A program made the translations under genes and the position numbers. From positions 5,012 to 69,011 of the IMG/VR virus record IMGVR_UViG_3300033416_000002: a DNA stretch of 64,000 bases. One strand, written 5' to 3'. The notes beneath the pieces are model-generated. The model was not told the origin of the DNA. It saw nothing but the letters and a program-made list of their open reading frames with translations, and did no database searches. Of this stretch, positions 1 to 8,959 are shown piece after piece. Numbering within the stretch: position 1 is the first letter of the stretch; every line of letters begins with the position of its first letter. This DNA is from a virus (taxonomy: Duplodnaviria; Caudoviricetes).

Positions 1-2
1 GA

Positions 3-2231
3 CCTGCCGGATTCTCGGTGTGGGACATGGTGGCCCTGCCGCTGGGTATGACCGATCCGCAGCGCACGGCGCTCGAGAAGGATCAGCTCCTCGGACAGCT
101 CAAGGGTTTCTCCGACGCCCTGGGGTCCGTGATCAACGCCACCAACGGCATCATGAGCATGCTGGTGAACTACGCTGACACCGGCCACAAGCTCTTCAAT
201 CTGAGCCAGACCGCCAAGAACATCCTGATGCAGGGTATCCGCGATGTGGTGGACCTCTTCGCTTCCATGGCCGATGAGTACGATCAGGGCACGCTCGAGA
301 GCCGCAAGCTGATCGGTCGAGTGGCGGAGTTCGCCTCCAACGTGAACACCATCGTGGCGCCCATCAAGACCATCATCGAAGTGCTCACGGCGGTGGACGA
401 GTTCCTCTGGGAAACACTGACCATCGAGTCGGCGGGGAGCAAGGCCATCGGTGGGGCCCTGGGTGCCGGAGCCAAGGATCCAGCGCGGCGGCGCAACCCT
501 GATGCGGTCACCGCTTCTGGCAAGTGGCGCTTCCGTCGCATGTACGACATCACCAGGGAGAGCATCAAGCGAGTCCTGGCCACGGCTAAGATGTTCCTCG
601 ATGAGGTCTCCCAGCTCATGAAGGATATGCGCACCGAGTTCGAGAACTGGGACCCCGAGGGAGAGTTCGAGAAGTTCCAGGCCGACGTGGCTGGCTTCAT
701 CGAGATGGCCGCCAGCGCGGCGGGCATGGTGAAGTCGGTGTCGGAGGCGATTCAGTCCCTGATCGACAGCTCCCTCACCGTCTCGATCCTGGGCTCCAAC
801 AGTGGCATGGGCAAGCAGCTGGCCAGCGACTGGTGGATCGGTGTCCGCGAACGCTGGATGAACGAGCAGGCAAAGCAACTCAAGGAGAGCTTCAAGCGGC
901 AGCTTCGCATCATCGTGGACGCCATCAAGGAGGCCTTCAAGGAGTTCGATGCCGAGGGCGGCATGCCCGACCCGATGATGCTCCAGCGCATCGCCGACAT
1001 GACCCAGGCGATCACCTCGGTGGCCAACTCGATCACGCGCCTCATGGAGATGCCCACGATCGACATGGCCAAGGTGACGGCCCTGGTCAAGGCCAGCCAG
1101 GAACTGGCCAAGGTGGAGCTGCCTCCCTGGGCGTTTGGCACGGGGGTTGGGGTCAACACCAAGATCATCGAAGACCTTGTGGCCATGCTCCAGATCATCA
1201 TGGACCTGGACGTGGACCCCTTCGTGCGCAACGTCGAGGTCATCATCGACGCCCTGAACCGACTCTTCAGCGCACTCAACGGAGGAACGGGCGGGGACTA
1301 CGAGATCAAGATAGGCGGCTCTACCGGCGAGTTCGAGGCGGCTCTTGCCCCGGTGCTCCAGGAAGCCATTGTCGCCGCGGCGCGGCAAACCGCCGATGTG
1401 TTCGCTGGCCAAGTGGCCATTCTCATTGGTGGGGAAGGCGGACCACCCACCCCGAAGAAGCCGGGTGATTCTGGGACCCTGGGCCCCGGGTCGGGTACCC
1501 CCATCCTTGGCGCCGGAAGTGGGCGACAGATTGGCTCCCCTGTCGTGGATGTCGAGCGCCTGGTCACCACTCTTGTGGGTAGTTTCAGAGATGTGATCCG
1601 CAGTGACTTTGAGCAGGCGATCATCAAGGCCTCCACGGTGGTCGGCGCTGGATCCGGACACCATATCGGCGCCCCCAAGGCACCAGGCGACGAGGGGATT
1701 CAGGGCCCGGGGAGTGGGCACCATATCGGTGCTCCAGTTGTGGATGTCGAGCGATTGGTCACCACTCTTGTGGGTAGTTTCAGAGACGTGATCCGCAGTG
1801 ACTTTGAGCAGGCGATCATCAAGGCCTCCACGGTGGTCGGCGCTGGATCCGGAAGGCAGATTGGCGCCCCCAAGGCACCAGGCGAGGATGCAACCCAGGG
1901 CCCCGGGAGCGGGCACCCTATCGGTGCTCCGGTAGGCGAGTACCTGGAGAAGGTGCTGAGCGCCTCGGTAGCTGAGATCGCTCTCGATCTTCCCGGGGCG
2001 ATCACTCAGGCCATCTCTACCACCCCTGGCCTGGAGGGCTTGATGCCGGTGACGATCACCGTCGAGGCGGATGTGGACGTGGCGGTAGAAGTACAGCCGC
2101 CCGATCTGACGGCCAACATCCTGTTCCCCAACTCGGCTCTCGAGATCATCGCCGCCCTGGTAAAGCAGGACCCGACACCGGCACAGATCTCCACCTCCAG
2201 CATAGTTGGATCAAGGACCAAGAGGCCATGA
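3..2231 (+). CDS. Tape measure protein, C-terminal part (5'-truncated by window)
   Basis: Frame is open from position 3. Long helical Ala/Leu/Ile-rich protein directly upstream of distal-tail-like genes; the N-terminal part of a tape measure is at 62035-64000. Confidence 0.8.
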   Translation, partial: PAGFSVWDMVALPLGMTDPQRTALEKDQLLGQLKGFSDALGSVINATNGIMSMLVNYADTGHKLFNLSQTAKNILMQGIRDVVDLFASMADEYDQGTLESRKLIGRVAEFASNVNTIVAPIKTIIEVLTAVDEFLWETLTIESAGSKAIGGALGAGAKDPARRRNPDAVTASGKWRFRRMYDITRESIKRVLATAKMFLDEVSQLMKDMRTEFENWDPEGEFEKFQADVAGFIEMAASAAGMVKSVSEAIQSLIDSSLTVSILGSNSGMGKQLASDWWIGVRERWMNEQAKQLKESFKRQLRIIVDAIKEAFKEFDAEGGMPDPMMLQRIADMTQAITSVANSITRLMEMPTIDMAKVTALVKASQELAKVELPPWAFGTGVGVNTKIIEDLVAMLQIIMDLDVDPFVRNVEVIIDALNRLFSALNGGTGGDYEIKIGGSTGEFEAALAPVLQEAIVAAARQTADVFAGQVAILIGGEGGPPTPKKPGDSGTLGPGSGTPILGAGSGRQIGSPVVDVERLVTTLVGSFRDVIRSDFEQAIIKASTVVGAGSGHHIGAPKAPGDEGIQGPGSGHHIGAPVVDVERLVTTLVGSFRDVIRSDFEQAIIKASTVVGAGSGRQIGAPKAPGEDATQGPGSGHPIGAPVGEYLEKVLSASVAEIALDLPGAITQAISTTPGLEGLMPVTITVEADVDVAVEVQPPDLTANILFPNSALEIIAALVKQDPTPAQISTSSIVGSRTKRP
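1490..1935 (+). repeat. 195-nt (65-aa) near-exact tandem duplication plus several G(P/A)GSGxxIG(A/S)P motifs in tape measure C-term
   Basis: GTGGATGTCGAGCG...GGATCCGGA at 1545-1658 and 1740-1853 (period 195). Confidence 0.9.
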
Positions 2232-3121
2232 GCGAACTCGAGCTGACATTCAACGGCACAGCCATAGACGCTTCCACCTCCGACTACACCAGGAAGTTGT
2301 ACGGTGCCCCTATCTTTGGCGGGCGGGCAGCTGCTGGCGCGGACGTGGAGTACCCGGGATTCGGGGTGGCCCTCACCGGAGCCATTCAGCCACAGATCAT
2401 GCAGTGGAGCTTCATGGTGGAGCTGACATCCCTGGATGCCAGCGGCACCACTGGCTTGCGCCGACAGTTCGACCTGGCGGAGGATCTGGCGAAGCTCCTG
2501 GACCCCGAGCTTGGCGAGGTCAGTGCGCTATTCACCAGGAAGAACGCCTCCGGCACTGACGTAGAGCGATACCTGCGCACCAAGGTGCTCACCGCTCCGA
2601 TCTGGAACTACGGCCCCAAGGGGGGCATGGATGGGGTACGTGTGGCGGCCTACTCACGCTACACCATCCCCTGCGAGTCGAGGTATCCCTACTTCATCGC
2701 CAATGCCGCCTCGTTTGACGACGAGATCGACCTCGTTACCACCTGGGAGGTCTACAACCCCGGGCATCGCTGGACTGGATTCCGCCTTGAGGTAAACACG
2801 GGCACTACCTATGACGGCGACACGGTGACCATCACGGACGACGCCGACGCCACCAATACCATCGACATCTACTTCCCCAACGGGCTGGATGGATCCGTTG
2901 GTGCGGTGCTTGAGTGGTGGTATCCAGCTGCCACTCTGGGCAACCCCCTCGGCGTCCGATCGTTCGATGGCACCGCCCGAGGGGTGGCCGTGCCAACGCC
3001 GGGGGCCTGGCTGAACCTTGCCGCCGACACAACGACTGATCTGAACTTCTCGGTATCGGGTGGCTCATCTGGGGACACCAAGCTCCAGTTCACCGTGGTT
3101 CCGATCTACTACTCGCTATGA
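2228..3121 (+). CDS. Distal tail (Dit)-like protein
   Basis: 297 aa, immediately after tape measure (ATGA overlap); ESRYPYF and VYNPG motifs resemble the Dit P/NxG pattern. Confidence 0.65.
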   Translation: MSELELTFNGTAIDASTSDYTRKLYGAPIFGGRAAAGADVEYPGFGVALTGAIQPQIMQWSFMVELTSLDASGTTGLRRQFDLAEDLAKLLDPELGEVSALFTRKNASGTDVERYLRTKVLTAPIWNYGPKGGMDGVRVAAYSRYTIPCESRYPYFIANAASFDDEIDLVTTWEVYNPGHRWTGFRLEVNTGTTYDGDTVTITDDADATNTIDIYFPNGLDGSVGAVLEWWYPAATLGNPLGVRSFDGTARGVAVPTPGAWLNLAADTTTDLNFSVSGGSSGDTKLQFTVVPIYYSL

Positions 3122-4359
3122 TCCGCCCGATCGACGCCTTCCGCGCCACCTACTGGCTGGCTCTCAAGCACAAGAGCCGGGCGTATGGCTATGAGCTGTG
3201 GCAGTACGATGACTTCTCCTGCGATCATGGCAAGTACGGAGAGGGCAGCGCGTCGGTGACCCTTGACCCCCGGAGTAACGACATCCCATGGACTGACGTT
3301 CTCTCGGACCTGTACGGCTGGTCGCTGGACATGGGGATCCTCAACTCCACCAAGACTCTATGGAAGGGCCCGGTACTCCAGCTCAAGTTCGCACACGGAT
3401 TGGGAACGCGCATCACCCTGGAGTGCGAGACCTTTATGCACCACCTGGCCAGAAGGCGGATTGGCGTCTCGACCAACAACGCCAAGCTCTCAGACGCAGT
3501 TACCCAGGTCTACGCCGGGGACATGCTTGAGACCATCTGGGGTCTCGCGCTCGAGAATCCGAGCACCGTCAGCGGGTACCCGTGGACCGAGCGCGATGTT
3601 ATGACGCCATGGACGGCTGTCCTCGGGACCGCCGACAACGGCAATCAGTTCTACATGGAAAACGAGTCGGGCTCCAACCTCTGGGACTTCACGGTGGACA
3701 TGTGCGAGCGCGGGGACCTGTATACCAAGCTCACCGAGTCTCCGGCTGGCACATTCCAATACGACTTCGCCTCACCCTATGCTGGCACGGATCGTTCTGC
3801 CTACATCGTGTTCACCAATCGCAATGGTCTCCTGCGGGCCGTCCAGCGCACCATCGACTTCTCGGCCCTCTGCAACACGTTCCAGTTTCGCGGCTCCGGC
3901 AAGGAGGACGGTCAGGTTATCTACTGGTACGGCAACACCCCCTCCAAGACCACCTATGGCATCTTCGAGGATGGTGATACCGAGGCCGGTGCTGATGATA
4001 CCAACACTGGGGGCGACCTGGCCGAGTATCTCGCCAAGGGGGACCCGATCCAGACCTGGGAGATCGACGTGGTGGCCGATGACGAGTACCGCTTCGGCAT
4101 CGACTTCGCCCACCGCGACCTGATCAGCTTCCACCACACCGACATGGAGATCTTCGGTGGACTGAGTGGAGGCGGGGGTGGTGGGGTGGTGACGGGTAGG
4201 GTCATCGGGTGGAAGTGTGGCTTCGAGGCGGGGCGAGCCATCTGGACGTTTGTACTCGGGGAACCTCCCAGGAACTACTTGGGAGAGCTGTGGCAGAGAG
4301 TTGGCATGGCGGGCGGGCGCATGGCGGCAGGCGTCAGGCGAACCAAGGGAGGCTGGTGA
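3118..4359 (+). CDS. Baseplate hub / minor tail protein (siphovirus Gp37/Tal-like)
   Basis: 413 aa after Dit; GTDRS..IVF, YGIFE and YRFGIDF..RDLI motifs resemble this family. Confidence 0.65.
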   Translation: MIRPIDAFRATYWLALKHKSRAYGYELWQYDDFSCDHGKYGEGSASVTLDPRSNDIPWTDVLSDLYGWSLDMGILNSTKTLWKGPVLQLKFAHGLGTRITLECETFMHHLARRRIGVSTNNAKLSDAVTQVYAGDMLETIWGLALENPSTVSGYPWTERDVMTPWTAVLGTADNGNQFYMENESGSNLWDFTVDMCERGDLYTKLTESPAGTFQYDFASPYAGTDRSAYIVFTNRNGLLRAVQRTIDFSALCNTFQFRGSGKEDGQVIYWYGNTPSKTTYGIFEDGDTEAGADDTNTGGDLAEYLAKGDPIQTWEIDVVADDEYRFGIDFAHRDLISFHHTDMEIFGGLSGGGGGGVVTGRVIGWKCGFEAGRAIWTFVLGEPPRNYLGELWQRVGMAGGRMAAGVRRTKGGW

Positions 4360-4775
4360 TGTCACGAGTTCTCGATAAGATCATCGAGCCAGGGCCCACT
4401 ACCATGGCCGAGGCCCTTCTGGTCTTGATTGGACTCCTGCGGGGGGTGGGGATCCTGTTGTTCGATGGGGTCACTCCTAACACCCCGGCATTCCGCTTGG
4501 CACTCGAGATCCTCCCGGCCACCCTCTGGGCATGGGTGCTCATCCTGCTTTCGGCAACCTTGATGGTTGCCCATCGCAAGTGCTGTAGGCTCTACAGATA
4601 CAGCCTTGTGTCAATCTTCGTGTACTGGCTCTTGTGGCTCGGACTCTCCCTTGCGTCGGCGAGGTCGATCACGGTCCTCCCGCTCCTGGTCCCGTGGGTG
4701 GCATGTTGCATGGCAGCAGCCTGGATTTACCTCGTTCACTCGTGGGGGGGCGATTGTGGATCCCGAGACCGCTAA
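4359..4775 (+). CDS. Multi-pass membrane protein (holin-like)
   Basis: Start chosen at MSRVLDK (TGATG overlap); about 4 hydrophobic segments; follows the tail genes. Confidence 0.55.
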   Translation: MSRVLDKIIEPGPTTMAEALLVLIGLLRGVGILLFDGVTPNTPAFRLALEILPATLWAWVLILLSATLMVAHRKCCRLYRYSLVSIFVYWLLWLGLSLASARSITVLPLLVPWVACCMAAAWIYLVHSWGGDCGSRDR

Positions 4776-5070
4776 TACCGTCATCATCGCCCTGGTTACC
4801 GCACTCACAGGCAACATCGGCTTGCAGCTCCTCAAGATGCTCGGGGAGCGGCACAAGGAACAGCGCGAATCCAGCAAGCAGGTTGTGGATAACGAGCTTG
4901 CCCTCAGCGGAGGGTGGGAGAAGCTCTACACACAGGCCCTCGAGCGCATCGAGAGGCTCGAGACCACCATTGCCACCCTACAACAAACCGAGTCGGAGTT
5001 GCGCGCCGAAAATGTGGCTCTCAAGTTGCGCATAGCAGCCCTGGAGGCCCTACAGCGAGGCGAGAAATGA
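4756..5070 (+). CDS. Single-TM + coiled-coil membrane protein (lysis-associated type)
   Basis: GTG start MDPETANTVIIALVTAL; C-terminal heptad coiled coil. Confidence 0.6.
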   Translation: MDPETANTVIIALVTALTGNIGLQLLKMLGERHKEQRESSKQVVDNELALSGGWEKLYTQALERIERLETTIATLQQTESELRAENVALKLRIAALEALQRGEK

Positions 5071-6338
5071 CGACGCTGACATACGAGAACTACCTCGAGA
5101 TCCAGGAGTTCAAAAGGGACTACGGTCGGAGCTTCAGGTGGGACGAGGTGGCGTCCAGGTACGGATTCAACAGCGGGGAGGGGATTCGATCCGCCTTCCG
5201 CCGCATCCGTGAGCAGATGACAACCGAGGCCCCGCAAGGAACGCTTATCGAGGTAGCAGACCAGGGGCCAACGATCACCTCGCCGGTACGGGGACGAATC
5301 ACGAGTCTCGAGGAGCTGCTGGCGGAGGCCAAGGTTGACCTCGCCGTCTGGCGGGTGACGAAGTACATCATCAACAAGTGGGAGGTGGGTACGGCGCTGC
5401 CGGATGGCACGGTGTGCGTCGAGCCACTCTTCCAGGTCAAGGCATGGCTGGCTCCTCTGGCTCCCATGGCCAGGTACATCGAGGCGGCGGAGAGCCTCAA
5501 AGCGGACATGCAAGGCTGGACTCCGCCTACATACTCGGCCATTCCGCACCCCAACGCATCTCCTGGATGTCTTCTGGAGATCTGCATTTCGGACTTGCAT
5601 CTGGGCATGCTGTCCTGGGAACCGGAAGTCGGGGCCGACTACGACACTACGATCGCCGAGGAGTTGTTCCGCAACGCCATCCTGGATATTCTGGGGATGG
5701 TCAGCGGATTTTCAATCGAGGAGATAGTTCTGGTGCTCGGTGGAGACATCCTCCACGTTGACCAGACGATCGCGGGCGCGGGCGGGGCCACCAACCGCGG
5801 AACTCCCCAGGATGTGGATGGCCGCTGGCAGAAGGCGTTTCGCACGGCTCGCATGATGCTGGTGTCCTCGGTGGAGCTACTTCGTGTCGTGGCTCCCGTC
5901 AAGGTTGTGGTGGTGCCCGGAAACCACGATCTCGAGAGACTGTTCCACCTCGGCGACGTGCTTGCCGCATGGTTCAGGGAAGCCGAGGACGTGATGGTGC
6001 TGAACTCACCCGAGCCCAGGAAGTATGTGCGGTGGGGGCGGGTCCTTCTGGGATACTGCCACGAGAAGCTCAAGGACATGGGCATCCTCATGGCCAACGA
6101 GGTGCCCGAGATGTGGGCACAAACCGACCACCGGGAGTGGCATACGGCGCACGGTCATCGGGCCGCCCTTGAAGAATCTGGTGGGGTACGGATCCGGACC
6201 ATCCCGGCCCTTGTCGCTGAGAACGCATGGTCGGCAGGCAGGGGCTATACTCACATCCGGTGCGCCGAGGCGTACCTGTGGCACAGGGACCAGGCCTTCA
6301 TGGGGATGTTCAGCGTTCCGGCAAGGAGGAACCAATGA
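5067..6338 (+). CDS. Calcineurin-like metallophosphoesterase
   Basis: Motifs ISDLHLG, GGDILH, PGNHD, HGH. Confidence 0.85.
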   Translation: MTTLTYENYLEIQEFKRDYGRSFRWDEVASRYGFNSGEGIRSAFRRIREQMTTEAPQGTLIEVADQGPTITSPVRGRITSLEELLAEAKVDLAVWRVTKYIINKWEVGTALPDGTVCVEPLFQVKAWLAPLAPMARYIEAAESLKADMQGWTPPTYSAIPHPNASPGCLLEICISDLHLGMLSWEPEVGADYDTTIAEELFRNAILDILGMVSGFSIEEIVLVLGGDILHVDQTIAGAGGATNRGTPQDVDGRWQKAFRTARMMLVSSVELLRVVAPVKVVVVPGNHDLERLFHLGDVLAAWFREAEDVMVLNSPEPRKYVRWGRVLLGYCHEKLKDMGILMANEVPEMWAQTDHREWHTAHGHRAALEESGGVRIRTIPALVAENAWSAGRGYTHIRCAEAYLWHRDQAFMGMFSVPARRNQ

Positions 6339-7582
6339 CCAGGATGGGACTCCACCTCCACTCGACTGCCACCGCACAGGCCGTCATGAACTACGTGCGG
6401 CAGGTTCAGCCACCAATCATGAAGGCGATTGACCCCGATGACGCGCTGATCGCCGATTGTCGAGCCCTCTCGCCCAAGACTCGCTGGATCGGGCGGGTAG
6501 TTGCCGACCAGAACCTCAACGACTATGGGGCGTTCCAGGGTAGGGTCCTCTCCGCGGCTCGGGCTCACCCAGAGGTCTGGGGCTGGGAGGGCATGAACGA
6601 GGTGGCCGTGCGAGCCAAGGACCTGCGAGCTTTCACTCAGGCCGAGGTCGGATTGGCGAAGCGCCTCAACGAGATGGGCCGTGCGGCGTGCATCGGCGGC
6701 TTCAGCACCGGCTTCGTCGAAGGTGACGACTTCAGCTACATGCGCACCGGCTGGGAGTACCTCCAGGCCCATCCAGACATCGCGGTGCTCCACTTCCACG
6801 AGTACAGCGCCCCCTACGTGCAGTATGCCTGGCAGACACCAGACGGCAAGAACCAGTACCCCCCAGGGGGCTCCTGGACGGGCATGTCACTGGATCGCGC
6901 CCAGTTCATGACCCCGGGGATCGAGGGGTGGCTCACCCTGCGCTACCGCAAGTTGCGGAAGCGTCTGGTAGACGCGGGCTTCGATCGCGTTCGGTTCGTC
7001 ATCACGGAGTCGGGTATCGACGGGGGCGTGACTCAGCGACCAGGACCCGGTGGTGGGGGCTGGGCCGACTTCCAGCAGCCCGAATGGACCGGGGGCGCTG
7101 CCGGGAACTACGCCAAGCAGCTCTACTGGTACTGGTGGCAGATCAGCCAGGATCCCTATGTGATAGGTGGCGTGGACTTCGGGAACGGAACGCTCGATCC
7201 TCACTGGCTCACCTGGGACCTCACGAGACAGCCATCCATGCTCGAGCAGGTGATCGGGGTCATGCGCACCCTGCCCGGGGAGGTCGTGGCCCCTCCGCCA
7301 GTGACCACCATCGACATCGCCAAGGTCCGCGCCACGGCTACGAGCGAGCAGTGGGCCCGGGGGATTCACCTCAATGCCTCCGCGGCCCTGCTCAGGTCCA
7401 TGCTTCAGGATGGCATGTCGCCTCTCACAAACGAGTATGCCTACAGCGATGCGTCCGGGGACTACACCGCCCAGCTGGCAGGCGAGCCGGTGCCCTTGGT
7501 GGCCGGGGAGATCCACCTGATTCCCTCCCGAGTCTACCTCTGGCATCAGTCCAGCGGCAAAGTGATCAAGGTTGGGATGTAA
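6335..7582 (+). CDS. Clan GH-A (GH5-like) glycoside hydrolase, putative endolysin/depolymerase
   Basis: GWEGMNE (acid/base), HFHEY, VITESG (nucleophile) motifs; Pro-rich linker then a C-terminal domain. Confidence 0.65.
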   Translation: MTRMGLHLHSTATAQAVMNYVRQVQPPIMKAIDPDDALIADCRALSPKTRWIGRVVADQNLNDYGAFQGRVLSAARAHPEVWGWEGMNEVAVRAKDLRAFTQAEVGLAKRLNEMGRAACIGGFSTGFVEGDDFSYMRTGWEYLQAHPDIAVLHFHEYSAPYVQYAWQTPDGKNQYPPGGSWTGMSLDRAQFMTPGIEGWLTLRYRKLRKRLVDAGFDRVRFVITESGIDGGVTQRPGPGGGGWADFQQPEWTGGAAGNYAKQLYWYWWQISQDPYVIGGVDFGNGTLDPHWLTWDLTRQPSMLEQVIGVMRTLPGEVVAPPPVTTIDIAKVRATATSEQWARGIHLNASAALLRSMLQDGMSPLTNEYAYSDASGDYTAQLAGEPVPLVAGEIHLIPSRVYLWHQSSGKVIKVGM

Positions 7583-7590
7583 GTCGGGGG

Positions 7591-7618
7591 TTGAAATACC
7601 GCCCAGGGGTGGTATAAT
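7591..7618 (+). promoter_or_regulatory. Sigma70-type promoter with extended -10
   Basis: TTGAAA-16nt-TATAAT with TG at the extended -10 position, upstream of 7654. Confidence 0.7.
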
Positions 7619-7653
7619 ACTGAGTAAGTGGTTCTGACAGAACGGAGCGCACC

Positions 7654-8082
7654 ATGGTGTACGTGATGGTCATTCTGACCGCCCTGCTGGCCCTCGTCCT
7701 CCAGACGGAGGGGGAGTCCTGGCCAGCCCTGCTTCTGACCGCATTGGCCACCCTCTTCGCTATTCCGGCCATCAACTCCTTCGTCACCGGCCTTCTGCGG
7801 CGCTTCACTGACGCCACCGGCCTCAATCCTCGCATCCTGGTCTACATCGTCACTGGCGCCGCCGCCCTGATCTACATGATCAAGATTCCGCCCGACCTGC
7901 CGATGTTCGACTCGGCCAATCCCTATGAGTTCGTGACCGCGTGGATCCTCATCGTCATCTCCTGGGCCGAGCTGGCCAAGAAATACTACGACCTGGTACT
8001 CCTCAAGATCCCACTGATCAATCCTCGCGCCAACGGCGGCGGTACGCACTGGCGCACCGCACGCACAATGCGCTATCCATAG
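7654..8082 (+). CDS. Membrane protein, holin-like
   Basis: About 4 hydrophobic segments, basic C-terminus, GGAG RBS. Confidence 0.6.
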   Translation: MVYVMVILTALLALVLQTEGESWPALLLTALATLFAIPAINSFVTGLLRRFTDATGLNPRILVYIVTGAAALIYMIKIPPDLPMFDSANPYEFVTAWILIVISWAELAKKYYDLVLLKIPLINPRANGGGTHWRTARTMRYP

Positions 8083-8109
8083 CGAACTCCTCCGCCCGTC
8101 ATTCCACCC

Positions 8110-8145
8110 CCACAAGGCCCCCAACTGGGGGCCTTGTGGCATTTA
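8110..8145 (+). terminator. Intrinsic terminator-like hairpin ending the late operon
   Basis: CCACAAGGCCCCC-AACT-GGGGGCCTTGTGG, 13-bp perfect stem followed by CATTT. Confidence 0.7.
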
Positions 8146-8248
8146 CGTGATATAACTCGTAGTACACGATATACGCGATATACATGTCCGCGCTCTATTT
8201 CCCCCTGCTTTTCCCTCCCTCCCTCCCTCCCTCCGTTTCTTGATTCTC

Positions 8249-8318
8249 CTGCCCGTTATCCTGCCCGTTATCCTCCCGCTATCCTGCCCGTTATCCTCCC
8301 GCTATCCTGCCCGTTATC
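8249..8318. repeat. Six tandem 11-12 bp repeats (CTGCCCGTTATC / CTCCCGCTATC), iteron-like
   Basis: Units at 8249, 8261, 8273, 8284, 8296, 8307; preceded by a (CCCT)n run near 8213-8233. Confidence 0.85.
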
Positions 8319-8327
8319 ATCCTGGCT

Positions 8328-8355
8328 TTGCATTCTACCTTTGCCATGCTATCAT
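8328..8355 (+). promoter_or_regulatory. Sigma70-type promoter with extended -10
   Basis: TTGCAT-16nt-TATCAT with TG at 8347-8348. Confidence 0.55.
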
Positions 8356-8426
8356 ACCCTTTAGCAGTCTTCTCTAGACTGCCGACAACATTACCCGATT
8401 CTATCACAACAAAGGACGGTGGCACA

Positions 8427-8888
8427 ATGGTGAAGACGTGGCAGTATGAAGTAGAATTGGCCGACGGAAGTTATCTACAATTCTCCGATAATGTGGGCGA
8501 GAATATCGGAGCAAGGGAAGCCTACAATGCCGCTATCGAGCATAAGTCTGATACAATTTGGATAATATTCTGCGACGGTAATGCGGAGGAATGCGACCTG
8601 GCAGAGTTTTACCGATTCTGCCTTGCAACCTACGTAACCCTATCATGGGGCACGGTCCGGATTGACGACACTACCTCAGCGGACCATAGCAGAATCGCGC
8701 ACGACATACCCGCGAACGATACAATCCCCGCGCGCGCGCCCGCGAACGATACAATCCCCGCGCGCGCGCGCCCGGATAGAATCGTTCGCGTGCGTGAGGT
8801 AGCGCTACACGTTCGGCCGATTCTCCGGCGCTTTGACCCTTACGCTATTACGGTAGTGTCAGATACGTTTATGCTAGGTTGCGCATAA
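8427..8888 (+). CDS. Hypothetical protein (lower GC; contains a 10-aa repeat)
   Basis: AAGGA upstream of ATG, promoter upstream; C-terminal half overlaps a repeat/hairpin, so it may be partly spurious. Confidence 0.4.
   Translation: MVKTWQYEVELADGSYLQFSDNVGENIGAREAYNAAIEHKSDTIWIIFCDGNAEECDLAEFYRFCLATYVTLSWGTVRIDDTTSADHSRIAHDIPANDTIPARAPANDTIPARARPDRIVRVREVALHVRPILRRFDPYAITVVSDTFMLGCA
8709..8790. repeat. 30-bp direct repeat x2 with (CG)n tract and an inverted copy
   Basis: CCCGCGAACGATACAATCCCCGCGCGCGCG twice; ATCGTTCGCG at 8781-8790 is the reverse complement of CGCGAACGAT. Confidence 0.8.
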
Positions 8889-8925
8889 ATAGAATCAGCA
8901 TATCACACAATGTCATATCGAACGT

Positions 8926-8953
8926 TTGTTCTATTGACAGCGTGTGGTATGCT
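8926..8953 (+). promoter_or_regulatory. Candidate early promoter
   Basis: TTGTTC-16nt-TATGCT with TG extension; predicted +1 near 8960 coincides with the first hairpin of a structured leader. Confidence 0.45.
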
Positions 8954-8959
8954 TGTCTC

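Noticed and set aside
8099-8185. 28-aa minus-strand ORF MYIAYIVYYELYHV
   Set aside because: Purine-rich RBS is too far from the ATG, it overlaps the terminator, and the sequence is low complexity.
8249-8318. CRISPR-like array
   Set aside because: Repeats are 11-12 bp, directly adjacent, with no spacers and no cas genes.
8427-8457. Fifth late-promoter motif (ATGGTG...TAGAAT)
   Set aside because: Spacer is 19 rather than 18 nt, and it lies inside an ORF in the early control region.
8934-8953. TTGACA as the -35 for TATGCT
   Set aside because: Spacer is only 8 nt; TTGTTC at 8926 fits better.
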